From contig CAZGOA010000001.1 of assembly GCA_964527425.1 (NCBI GenBank), positions 20,842-84,841 of the forward strand: 64,000 bases of DNA, given 5' to 3'. A program made the translations under genes and the position numbers. This document shows, piece by piece, positions 30,573 to 40,161 of this stretch (position 1 is the first letter of the stretch; each line of letters begins with the position of its first letter). The notes beneath the pieces are model-generated. The model searched no databases and had not been told where the DNA came from. It worked only from the letters and a program-made list of their open reading frames with translations. The stretch comes from an uncultured Gammaproteobacteria bacterium (GTDB lineage Bacteria > Patescibacteriota > Microgenomatia > UBA10105 > UBA927).

Positions 30573-31680
30573 GCTTCTGTTTTTGTATTGCAATCATTCC
30601 TGAGAGTAATTTTATTACTTTGGTTGAAATATTTAATTCTTGATAATGAATAGACGGATTCAACTGATTGGCTAAATGCTGTGTCGAGAGTGTTGTCGAT
30701 ATTGCTTGCATTACATCTCCTGCTTCTAGCCCACAGACTATGATTGAACCAGCATCAAATGCTTCAGGTCGCTCCGTTGATGTTCGAAGCTGAATAGCAT
30801 TACATTTAAGTATCGATGATTCTTCTTGAATTGTGCCAGAATCAGATAATACACATAAGGCATTTTTTTGAAGCTTAATATAATCAAAAAACCCAAATGG
30901 TTTATGAAATATAATATTCTTATTATTCATTATGAATCCTTGTAAACGCATTTTAGTGCGTGGATGTAGTGAAACAATTATAGGTTTTTTATATTCATCT
31001 ACAACAGCTTGTAACGTGTTAATCAACTTCCTTAAAGGTTTTGGATCATCAACATTTTCTTCTCTATGAACACTTACTAAAAAATATGAATTAGGATTTA
31101 ATGACAGTTTTTTAAGAATATTTGATTTTTCAATAGATTCTGCATAGTAATCAATTACTTCTTTTAGAGGAGAACCAAACACAAAGATAGAGTCAGGGTC
31201 TATACCTTCTTCAAGTAAATATCTTCGTGCATGTTCGGTATAACATATATTAAAGTTGCTGATATGATCTACTATTCTCCTATTAATTTCTTCAGGAACA
31301 CGCCAATCAAAGCATCTATTACCTGCTTCCATATGAAATATTGGTATATTCATACGTCTTGCTATGATTGCTGAGAGAGAACTATTAGTATCTCCCAAAA
31401 TTAAAATTGCATCTGGATTAATTCTACTAATAATATCTTCCGTTTGTGATAAAATATTACCAATTAATCTACTAAGGATATTAGATTTTACATCCAAAAT
31501 ATGATCAGGCGCCCGCAAATTAAGCTCATCAAAGAAAATCCCACTTAATTCAAAATCATAATTTTGGTTAGTATAAACAAATACATGCTTAAATACTACA
31601 TCAAGAGCAGGAAGTATCCGTGATAAGCGAATAATTTCAGGTCTAGTCCCTAAAATAGACATTACTGTATATTTATGCAT
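30565..31680 (-). CDS. fnlC: Non-hydrolysing UDP-sugar 2-epimerase (FnlC/CapG/WbjD)
   Basis: GTRPEIIRL, QNYDFEL, LGDTNS, HMEAGNRCFD.RVPEEINR, HREENVD, SDSGT, STERPE. Confidence 0.85.
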   Translation of the reverse strand: MHKYTVMSILGTRPEIIRLSRILPALDVVFKHVFVYTNQNYDFELSGIFFDELNLRAPDHILDVKSNILSRLIGNILSQTEDIISRINPDAILILGDTNSSLSAIIARRMNIPIFHMEAGNRCFDWRVPEEINRRIVDHISNFNICYTEHARRYLLEEGIDPDSIFVFGSPLKEVIDYYAESIEKSNILKKLSLNPNSYFLVSVHREENVDDPKPLRKLINTLQAVVDEYKKPIIVSLHPRTKMRLQGFIMNNKNIIFHKPFGFFDYIKLQKNALCVLSDSGTIQEESSILKCNAIQLRTSTERPEAFDAGSIIVCGLEAGDVMQAISTTLSTQHLANQLNPSIHYQELNISTKVIKLLSGMIAIQKQKLN

Positions 31681-31684
31681 ATTT

Positions 31685-32722
31685 TTATTTTAATTCCTCT
31701 TTAATCTCAGGAAGTGATAAAAGTAAAGAAATAGTCTGTTCTTCACTTAACTGTTGAGTATTTCCAGATGTATAAGCTTGTAGATTATCTTTATATGTTG
31801 ATTTTCCTTCACTAAAATAGGTTTGATAATTAAAATGCTTTCCTTCTGGAGCTATTTTATAATAATCACCAACATCAAATGCCCTTAAAAATTCTTCACT
31901 GGTTATTAAAGTTTCATGTATTTTTTCTCCCGATCTAATTCCTACATATTGAATACCTTTTTTATAAGAAAAAATTTTATTAATACTTTGTGCTAGGGTT
32001 TCTATAGTACATGCCGGAGATTTTTTTACGTACATAAATCCATTTTCTCCTTTTGAAAGAGCGTAAAGTACTAAGCCAACAGCATTTGGCAATGGCAATA
32101 AAAATCGAGTCATCGTAGGGTCTGTTATTGAAAGTTTTTCTCCTTTTTTAATTTGTTCTACGAAAAAAGGAATTACTGACCCTCGTGAATATAATACATT
32201 TCCATAACGCACACCGCAAATAGTTGTAGTATGTTTTTTTTCATCTAATTCTCTAGCCTTTGCTACCATAACTTTTTCCATAAGTGCCTTAGACATTCCC
32301 ATTGCATTGATAGGATAAACAGCTTTGTCAGTACTCAATACAACTACTCGTTTTACCTTGTGTGATATAGCACTTCTTAAAATATTTTCTGCTCCAATGA
32401 TATTTGTTTGTACTGCTTCAAGAGGGAAAAACTCACATGAAGGTACCTGTTTAAGAGCAGCTGCATGAAACACATAATCTACTTTCTCCATGGCAGATTC
32501 AATACTTTGATAATTTCTAACATCTCCTATAATGAATTGCAATAATGGTGATTGAAACTCATTTCTCATATCAAATTGTTTCTTTTCATCTCTGCTGAAA
32601 ATTACTATTTTTTTTGGATTTTTAGGTAACAATTGTTTAATTACTGCATGACCAAAAGATCCTGTACCTCCTGAAATAAAAAACACTTTATTTTTTATAT
32701 ATTTATTAAATAATTCATTCAT
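31685..32722 (-). CDS. fnlA: UDP-GlcNAc 4,6-dehydratase/5-epimerase (FnlA/CapE/WbjB)
   Basis: GGTGSFG, FSRDEKKQ, HAAALKQVPSCEFFP, STDKAVYPINAMG.SK, RYGNV..SRGSVIP. Confidence 0.9.
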   Translation of the reverse strand: MNELFNKYIKNKVFFISGGTGSFGHAVIKQLLPKNPKKIVIFSRDEKKQFDMRNEFQSPLLQFIIGDVRNYQSIESAMEKVDYVFHAAALKQVPSCEFFPLEAVQTNIIGAENILRSAISHKVKRVVVLSTDKAVYPINAMGMSKALMEKVMVAKARELDEKKHTTTICGVRYGNVLYSRGSVIPFFVEQIKKGEKLSITDPTMTRFLLPLPNAVGLVLYALSKGENGFMYVKKSPACTIETLAQSINKIFSYKKGIQYVGIRSGEKIHETLITSEEFLRAFDVGDYYKIAPEGKHFNYQTYFSEGKSTYKDNLQAYTSGNTQQLSEEQTISLLLSLPEIKEELK

Positions 32723-32724
32723 AA

Positions 32725-33111
32725 TTATATTGTGTAAGTATCAGAGTCATTAGGATTATACTCTTCACTAATGTAAACTAATAATATTAATTCTTCTACT
32801 CCAATATTTTCTATTTGATGAAATATGCCCATAGGCATCTCTACTATGGTTGGGTTATCAGCACTTAATTCAATTATTTCACTGTCTTTAGTATTCAAAT
32901 TCTTCAATGTTAATAATCCTTTTCCCTTAATAACACAATACCATTCACGCTTTCGATTATGATAATGCCCTCCTTTTTTCATTCCAGGTTTAGCTGTTGT
33001 TATTAGAATCTGTCCAAATGTTGATTTACCTACATGTTCAGCTCTTAATAGTTCATACAACATTCCACGTTCATCTCTTTTTACTTGTAATTTTCTAATA
33101 GATACTTTCAT
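32725..33111 (-). CDS. Cupin sugar epimerase equivalent to the C-terminal domain of FnlB/CapF
   Basis: DERG, GQI, KPG..KGGHYH..K.E, H.IENIG, EEYNPNDSDTY. Confidence 0.82.
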   Translation of the reverse strand: MKVSIRKLQVKRDERGMLYELLRAEHVGKSTFGQILITTAKPGMKKGGHYHNRKREWYCVIKGKGLLTLKNLNTKDSEIIELSADNPTIVEMPMGIFHQIENIGVEELILLVYISEEYNPNDSDTYTI

Positions 33112-33910
33112 AATCTTTATTCAAAATTTCTTGAATACCTTCCAGAATATTCGTCCTAGGAAACCAACCATCATTTGTTTGTATAGTATCTGGAACGATT
33201 TTTGGTAATTCTTTTGGTTCAGGATTATTCGTTTTAAGTATTTTAATTTTTCTTCCCGTAATATTTCGAATAACGGTAATTATATCGTTAAGAGATAGTT
33301 GTGTACCAGAACAAATATTATAAGTACTACTATATATAGTAGTCTTTTTAGACTGAATAATTAATAAAAAAGCGTTTACTACATCTTCAATATATATATA
33401 ATCTCTTTTTTGCTCACCATCATTATTTAAATTTATTGATTGATTATGTAATATTTGATAAAGGTATGTAGAAATAACAGAATTATAGAAAGGCTTACAA
33501 CCAGGACCATATACATTACTTAACCTCAAAATTGTAGATTTAATCTTGTTTCTTTTTGCATATAATGCAAGTAATTCTTCACAGGTTTTTTTTGATAAAC
33601 CATATATAGAATTTTCATAGAATATTTGAAATGAAGAAGAGAACAGAATGTGTGCTTTTGGATTAAAATTATTTACAACATCCAGTAATGAAAGAGTAAG
33701 ATTAATATTTGTGTTAAAAATATCTATATCAGATCCACGATTTTTTCCTCCTAGATGAATAATAATATCTGCATTAGTTACTTCTTTTGTGAAATTTTTA
33801 TTTATCTTTTTTGGGATTCTACAGACATTAAACGCTATATTATATTTGTTTAGTTTTTTAACAAGATGCCTTCCTATAAAACCTGTATGTCCAGTAACTA
33901 ATATTTGCAT
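33095..33910 (-). CDS. SDR reductase equivalent to the N-terminal domain of FnlB/CapF
   Basis: TGHTGFIG, HLGGKNR, SSSFQ, YGLSK, NVYGPGCKPFYNSVIST. Confidence 0.82.
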   Translation of the reverse strand: MQILVTGHTGFIGRHLVKKLNKYNIAFNVCRIPKKINKNFTKEVTNADIIIHLGGKNRGSDIDIFNTNINLTLSLLDVVNNFNPKAHILFSSSFQIFYENSIYGLSKKTCEELLALYAKRNKIKSTILRLSNVYGPGCKPFYNSVISTYLYQILHNQSINLNNDGEQKRDYIYIEDVVNAFLLIIQSKKTTIYSSTYNICSGTQLSLNDIITVIRNITGRKIKILKTNNPEPKELPKIVPDTIQTNDGWFPRTNILEGIQEILNKDYESIY

Positions 33911-33915
33911 ATACG

Positions 33916-33921
33916 ATTATA
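33916..33921 (-). promoter_or_regulatory. Putative -10 box for a leaderless fnl sub-operon
   Basis: TATAAT-5 nt-ATG(33910) fills the whole 11-bp intergenic gap. Confidence 0.4.
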
Positions 33922-35097
33922 TTAACTTAATATTCTATTCAAATTCTTTTTAAAAATGATATTCCAATCATACTCTTTAGCATAAGAACGGGCATTTTCA
34001 CGATATTCATTATATCGTTTTGATGATGACAATAGGATCGATACAGCATTTATAAAGGACTCAATCGTATAGTTTATTACAACTCCCGCCCTTTTTTTAG
34101 TAATATCTTTATTTGTAGATATTGCATCTGTTACAATTACAGGCATCCCGTATTGTGTATATTCTTTTATTTTAATAGGATCAGCATTTTGTACTTTTTC
34201 ATCTAGAATAAGAGTATTAAATGTAGCCAGACCTATCGCTCCATCTCTTAGTAAATGTTCTCTCTCCACTTCTGTCTTAATCCATCCATGAAAAGTTACA
34301 ATTTCTTTTATTTTCAATTTATCAACGAGTTTTTTTAAATAAAGTTCCGCTTCTCCTCCGCCTATTATTTCTAAATGAATATTAGGAAATTTTTTACGAA
34401 GTTTTGTTAATGATCGAATCGGCAAATCTACTCCCATAAAATCAACTAAATGACCAATAAAAACTAACTTATTAATATCAATCAAATGTTTTGGTACTTT
34501 TTTTGCTTTATTAAACCATATACCTATTGGTACATGATACTGTCTTCTAAATGCATCACTTTTCATTCCATTTTTTTCTCTTGCTTTTTTCATAGCACTT
34601 GAAACATTCCATGTTTCATCACATAAAAATACGCAAATTTTATCTAATAAATGATATATAAAATTCATTATTTTATTACTAAACCTTTCTGGAAAATAAT
34701 CTATTGAATAATAAATATTTTTTTTGGTAAACCCGAACAATTTTAATAGAATACCTGCCAACGCATTTAAAGGATCCAATCCTATATATAGATCAAATTT
34801 TTTATTACTACTAATAACCCAATACAAAGAATATAAAACATCTTTAATATACAAAAAAGATTCCGGTAATCGTATATGAGGAGCAGTAGATGACTTTATA
34901 GAAACACTATCCAGATATAACTCCTTTCTAGAAGATTGGCTATAGCACTCGTTTATATACAATAAAGGATGTGCAATAAATAATACTGTTCCTGTATAGT
35001 TGGTGAGACAGAAATCTCGCAAATTATGACCTGGCCCACTGGGTGTAATTGACTCATGAACAACTATTGCAATATTAAAATTATTAGAAAAATTCAT
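33922..35097 (-). CDS. GT4 glycosyltransferase
   Basis: YYSIDYFP, FIGHLVDFMGVD, IIGGG, DPIKIKEY..YGMPVI. Confidence 0.82.
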   Translation of the reverse strand: MNFSNNFNIAIVVHESITPSGPGHNLRDFCLTNYTGTVLFIAHPLLYINECYSQSSRKELYLDSVSIKSSTAPHIRLPESFLYIKDVLYSLYWVISSNKKFDLYIGLDPLNALAGILLKLFGFTKKNIYYSIDYFPERFSNKIMNFIYHLLDKICVFLCDETWNVSSAMKKAREKNGMKSDAFRRQYHVPIGIWFNKAKKVPKHLIDINKLVFIGHLVDFMGVDLPIRSLTKLRKKFPNIHLEIIGGGEAELYLKKLVDKLKIKEIVTFHGWIKTEVEREHLLRDGAIGLATFNTLILDEKVQNADPIKIKEYTQYGMPVIVTDAISTNKDITKKRAGVVINYTIESFINAVSILLSSSKRYNEYRENARSYAKEYDWNIIFKKNLNRILS

Positions 35098-36878
35098 TTA
35101 ATGTTTCTTTTTGATAGAAGATAATTGCCTAATGCTAGATACTCTAAGCCTGAATGTTCAAATGCATGTATCGCTTCTCTTGGTCCTAGTACTATTGGAA
35201 AACCATGGAGATTAAAGGATGTGTTTAAAACACCACCTATTCCGGTCAATCGTTTAAATTCACTTATTATTTTGTGGTACGAAGGATTCCATTCGGAGTC
35301 AACTAGTTGAGGCCTTATTGTAAAATCATATGGATGCATAGCAGCTCTAAGTTCTTGTTTCGCTTTTTCTGTAGAGTTAAACGTAACTATCATATATGGC
35401 GCAGAAATATTTTTAGGATTAACTATATAATCATTTGCATATTCTTTAAGAATTGAAGGTGTAAAAGGCATCCAAAAATCTCTCAGTTTCATTTGTTCGT
35501 TAATAATACGCACATTATCAGGATTAGAAGGATTAGCAAGAATAGACCGGTTACCTAATGCTCTAGCACCCCATTCCATTTTATTATTCATTCTAGCTAC
35601 TACTTTATTGCTTTGCAACAATTTCGCTATTACTGATTCTATTTCTTTATGATGTTTTACAACAAATTTTTTTTGAATATTGTATTTCTTTATATATGAA
35701 TAAATATCTTTATCACTAAATTCCGGTCCTAAATATAATTCTTTTAATTGTTGAGGATTAATTTTGATACCATATTTTCTGCATTCATCAATATATCCTA
35801 AATACGCTGCACCTAATGCTGTTGATTCATCTCCGGCACTAGGACAAGGAAAAAATTCTTTTACTCCTGCAAGCTCTGCAACTCGCATATTAGCTTTTAC
35901 ATTCATGACTACACCCCCGGCCATACAGATTGTATGAATACCTGTATGCTTAACTGCAGCAGAAACCCATTCAACAATTCTTTCTTCAATGAGTTTTTGA
36001 AATGCACCTGCAATATTGTCAAATCGTAATTCTTTCATTTCATTTTGAAGGAAAAAACCAGAAAGATGTGTATCAAATAATTCTTTAAAAACTAATGGAT
36101 TATTCGGATCAAGGGTAACAATATTTTTTATTTTTTCATATATAGGTAATACACCATAATCTTTAGCATACGGCGCTAAACCCATTACTTTATATTCGTG
36201 TTCATTACGCTTCATTCCAAGATAACCGGTAACTTCCATGTAAAGATATCCCAGAGAACAAGAAGAAGGAGTAGATGCCAATCTTGTCCATTCTCCATCT
36301 TTTACGACATTTACTGTAGCTGATAAAAGATCTCCTTCTCCATCAATAGTTAGAACTAAAGCATTCTTCTTATTGTAGGGACTTCCATAATATGCTGCTG
36401 CCGCATGAGCCATGTGGTGTTCATATTGATGAATTTTTCTCTCAGAAATTGTAAGATATTCAGCAATAACTCGCTTCATCTTATCCGAAGTTCTTTTTCC
36501 AAACACCCTGAAAGCTAATGAGTATAACGGCCATGTAATGGTATGAAGTATTGGAAATTTATATTCCAGGAAACCAATATAATATCGCAATTTCAATAAA
36601 GGGCTATATAAATTACTAACAATATTTAAAATAGAATCATTTTTAATTTTTTTGTCTTGATAAACTGGTACACCCCATAATCTTGGGATTGCTACATGAT
36701 CTATATCGCTACCACTGATTGATTCATTTTCTAATAGCCAATCAATACTTTTATATGGAAATCCAATATAGTTTTTTATACCATTAAATCTCTCTTCACT
36801 AACAGATCCGACAACCACACCATCTTTTATAAGAGTAGCTGTTGCATTGTGACCATCATAAATACCCAATATATACAT
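35094..36878 (-). CDS. NodU/CmcH/TobZ-family O-carbamoyltransferase
   Basis: EERF, EHHMAHA, DGEGD, EYKVMGLAPY, AGGVVMN, EWGARALGNRSIL, LNTSFNLHGFPIV. Confidence 0.95.
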   Translation of the reverse strand: MYILGIYDGHNATATLIKDGVVVGSVSEERFNGIKNYIGFPYKSIDWLLENESISGSDIDHVAIPRLWGVPVYQDKKIKNDSILNIVSNLYSPLLKLRYYIGFLEYKFPILHTITWPLYSLAFRVFGKRTSDKMKRVIAEYLTISERKIHQYEHHMAHAAAAYYGSPYNKKNALVLTIDGEGDLLSATVNVVKDGEWTRLASTPSSCSLGYLYMEVTGYLGMKRNEHEYKVMGLAPYAKDYGVLPIYEKIKNIVTLDPNNPLVFKELFDTHLSGFFLQNEMKELRFDNIAGAFQKLIEERIVEWVSAAVKHTGIHTICMAGGVVMNVKANMRVAELAGVKEFFPCPSAGDESTALGAAYLGYIDECRKYGIKINPQQLKELYLGPEFSDKDIYSYIKKYNIQKKFVVKHHKEIESVIAKLLQSNKVVARMNNKMEWGARALGNRSILANPSNPDNVRIINEQMKLRDFWMPFTPSILKEYANDYIVNPKNISAPYMIVTFNSTEKAKQELRAAMHPYDFTIRPQLVDSEWNPSYHKIISEFKRLTGIGGVLNTSFNLHGFPIVLGPREAIHAFEHSGLEYLALGNYLLSKRNIK

Positions 36879-36883
36879 ATCGA

Positions 36884-37459
36884 TTAATCTACATACTTTA
36901 CTACTTTAGCTGGATTTCCCGCAACGACTGAATAAGCTGGAACATCATGAGTTACAACACTGCCTGCACCTATTATTGCACCCTTTCCTATAGTAACTCC
37001 TTTCATTATCATAGCTCTTCTCCCAATCCAAACATCATCTTGAATTATTATAGGTTTTGATTCAGGAGGTACTCGTTTATATTTACTTGATTCTAATCCG
37101 TATATTGAAAATGACTTAATATCTTTCCTTCGATCTTTACTATGTAGTGAATGACTATTGTTATCCTGAATATAAACATCAGCAGAAACCATAACATACT
37201 TCCCTATTTTTATAGAATTCATCGCTCTAATTACACTTCCACGGGCAATATTAGTAAATTCATCAATTTCTATTTTTCCATTTAATTCAACTATTAACCA
37301 TCCAAAAATACATGCATTTTTTTTAATAATTATTTGATCTTTATTTTTAATTCCTAATATACCTGAACCAATGAAAAAAAATACAGGTTTATTTAACGTA
37401 ATAAGATTGTTATAGAATATTGTATATAACCAAGAAATAAGTTTTTGAATAAATGTCAT
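36884..37459 (-). CDS. Hexapeptide-repeat sugar acyltransferase
   Basis: [43 protein letters not shown]. Confidence 0.9.
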   Translation of the reverse strand: MTFIQKLISWLYTIFYNNLITLNKPVFFFIGSGILGIKNKDQIIIKKNACIFGWLIVELNGKIEIDEFTNIARGSVIRAMNSIKIGKYVMVSADVYIQDNNSHSLHSKDRRKDIKSFSIYGLESSKYKRVPPESKPIIIQDDVWIGRRAMIMKGVTIGKGAIIGAGSVVTHDVPAYSVVAGNPAKVVKYVD

Positions 37460-38433
37460 GATTTATAAGTATTAATATACCAATCTATTGTTTTTCTTAG
37501 TCCTGTATCAAACTTAGTTTTTGCTTTAAATTCTAATACTCTTTTCGCTTTACTGTTATCACTATTCCGTCTAGGACTACCATCAGGTTTTGTTTTATCA
37601 AATAAAATTTTGGGGTTTTTTCCAGTATATCTTACTATTTTATTGATTAATTCCTTAATTGAAATTTCTTCATCTGTTCCAATATTCACAGGATCAGATT
37701 TAGGATATTTTTCTATAGCTTTTAACATACCAGATGCCAAATCTTCCACATACAAAAACGCTCTTGTTTGATTTCCACTACCCCAAACTACCACTGGATT
37801 CTCGTCACTTAATACTCTTTTTATAAGCGCTGGAATAACATGAGAAGAATATGAGTCAAAATGATCTCGAGGACCGTACGCATTATACGGTCTAATAATA
37901 CTAATATTCATTCCAAACTCCTCAGCATAATACACACCTAATTTTTCTGCCATTCGTTTTCCCCAACCATATCCACCGTTTGTTGGTTCAGGTTCACTTC
38001 TAAATCCTTCTTCTTCTGGGGTAGGGATAATCGCATCACGGGGATAAACACAAGCTGAAGACACTACTAAAAAACGATTAACTTTTTCTACTCTAGCTGC
38101 CTCAAGCATTGTCATTCCTATATTAAGATTATCTCTTAACATTGTTGCTTGATGCATTCTATTATATTCTATTCCTCCTACATGAGCTGCTAAATTCATA
38201 ACAATATTTTTCCCCTGACAAGCTCGCTTAGCAGTATTTAAATCTGTACAATCACCATTTATAAAATTTATTTGATCTTTTAAATAACCAATGTTCTTTA
38301 TAGTATTGTTCTTTATTCTATCCAGAACAGTTACTTTAGCATTTTTTTTAATTAATAGTTCAACTACATGACTGCCTATAAATCCTGTCCCTCCAGTTAC
38401 TAATACTTTCTGATTGTTCCAAAAATTTATCAT
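37456..38433 (-). CDS. GDP-sugar epimerase/reductase (Fcl/ColC- or GME-like SDR)
   Basis: [47 protein letters not shown]; SD AGAAAGGA upstream. Confidence 0.8.
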   Translation of the reverse strand: MINFWNNQKVLVTGGTGFIGSHVVELLIKKNAKVTVLDRIKNNTIKNIGYLKDQINFINGDCTDLNTAKRACQGKNIVMNLAAHVGGIEYNRMHQATMLRDNLNIGMTMLEAARVEKVNRFLVVSSACVYPRDAIIPTPEEEGFRSEPEPTNGGYGWGKRMAEKLGVYYAEEFGMNISIIRPYNAYGPRDHFDSYSSHVIPALIKRVLSDENPVVVWGSGNQTRAFLYVEDLASGMLKAIEKYPKSDPVNIGTDEEISIKELINKIVRYTGKNPKILFDKTKPDGSPRRNSDNSKAKRVLEFKAKTKFDTGLRKTIDWYINTYKS

Positions 38434-38448
38434 GTATTTGGTCCTTTC

Positions 38449-40161
38449 TTATAATTCGTCTGTTCTGTCTTCTAATATATGTTCATCACCTTTATAAAAC
38501 CAATAGACTATCTGACTTTTATCAAATTTACCTGATTTCATATTACTGAGTAAAGTAGCTTTATCATTGTAGTATCCAAAACCCTTATCCGCTTGCTCAA
38601 TATATCCAGTCTCACCAAACCCTTCAAATATTCTATTTGCAAGTATTTCATCAGGAATTTTACCTGTAGGATACAATAAAACGCTCAATATAAAACCATC
38701 TCCTAGAAAAAAAGGGATTCTAGTTTTATCGATAAAATAATTTCTATCACTGTCGAGTAATATTACTGGTTTAGCAGGTAGTTTTTCTATATTTTTGTTC
38801 ATTTCACTAATGAAGATTTTCATATCTATTCCTCTTATAGCTGCGTGTCTAACTTCCCGATGTGTAATATTCATTTGTTTATAAAGAAAAATGGTAAACA
38901 GACAAATACCTCCGAACATTGTTAGTTTATTGTTTATTAATTTCAATATTATTTTTTTTATTCCAACTACGAGTCCTCCTACTAGCATCCAAAAAGGGAT
39001 ACCTCCATAATACATATAGATAGAATAAATATATGAATCATATCTGTTGATTAACCGTAGACTAATGGGTAGAAAAGTAACCCAGTACCATAAAAAACAT
39101 ATAAATAGAAATAAATAATGGTTACTATTTCTTTTTAAAATTACATATGCGGTCAATAAGAAAATTCCTGAAAAAAATATACTAACTGTGTCTGATAAAA
39201 TAAAATTTATTATTACATCAATGTTATTGTTATTACTTAACAATCCGTAGTTAAAATTTAACATAAATGTTGCTATACGTTTTACGAATCTAAATGGAAT
39301 AATATATTGAGATAATGATACTAAGGGGTAAAAAAAACTATTAAATACAAACTTAGGGAAAACTAATTTTGGTTCTATAGCATCAACATTTGCAATATTT
39401 ATTGAATATAATTTCACAATATATAGCGATATGCTAATAATAAATAAACTAAATATTGTAGTAATTTTTTTATGCACATAAATCCACGGCAAGACATTCT
39501 TTCTGTTAAAATATCCGGAAATAAAAGCAACTAATACGAAAGTAAAAGCACTAGCCTCTTTAAATAAAAATGCTATATATGCAAATAGTAAAGACAATCC
39601 AACTCTATAAATGTTATTTTTACTTGAAAAAGCAGAATAAATTGCAACTAGTGAAAAAAAACTAGAAAACAAAATTTGATTTCCAGCTCCCATCCAAGTA
39701 AGCACCTGTTCATATCGTGAGGATGATGCAAATAATAAAGAACTTACGGCAGCCCAAAGGATATTACTAGTTATTTTTTTAACGAATAAAAATATTACAA
39801 ATGAATTAATTATATGCATAAACAAAAAAATAACAACAAATGGATTCTGATTAAAAGAAAAAAAATGAAAAAAAAGAATACTCATTCTTGAACCTAAAAT
39901 TCTACCTTTTCCCAGTAATATTTCTAAAAAAGTAAAATTTCTTGTGTCAGAATTAATTCCATATAGAAGATAGTCTCCATATTGCTTCCATTCATCATGA
40001 AGAAAATATATATTTGGAAGCATTCTATACGAATATAATATGCACCCTATTAATAGAAACAAAAAAAAGAAATTAATAAAGGATAAACTTTTGCTAAGTC
40101 GATGTATTAAACTAAAAATCAATCCTGTAGCAGTCTTTTTATTTCTAATTTTACGTCTCAT
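38449..40161 (-). CDS. GT-C membrane glycosyltransferase (TMTC/GtrII-like), tandem paralog 1
   Basis: YFLHDEW, GRILG, FLFKE; polytopic; closely similar to the next gene. Confidence 0.68.
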   Translation of the reverse strand: MRRKIRNKKTATGLIFSLIHRLSKSLSFINFFFLFLLIGCILYSYRMLPNIYFLHDEWKQYGDYLLYGINSDTRNFTFLEILLGKGRILGSRMSILFFHFFSFNQNPFVVIFLFMHIINSFVIFLFVKKITSNILWAAVSSLLFASSSRYEQVLTWMGAGNQILFSSFFSLVAIYSAFSSKNNIYRVGLSLLFAYIAFLFKEASAFTFVLVAFISGYFNRKNVLPWIYVHKKITTIFSLFIISISLYIVKLYSINIANVDAIEPKLVFPKFVFNSFFYPLVSLSQYIIPFRFVKRIATFMLNFNYGLLSNNNNIDVIINFILSDTVSIFFSGIFLLTAYVILKRNSNHYLFLFICFLWYWVTFLPISLRLINRYDSYIYSIYMYYGGIPFWMLVGGLVVGIKKIILKLINNKLTMFGGICLFTIFLYKQMNITHREVRHAAIRGIDMKIFISEMNKNIEKLPAKPVILLDSDRNYFIDKTRIPFFLGDGFILSVLLYPTGKIPDEILANRIFEGFGETGYIEQADKGFGYYNDKATLLSNMKSGKFDKSQIVYWFYKGDEHILEDRTDEL

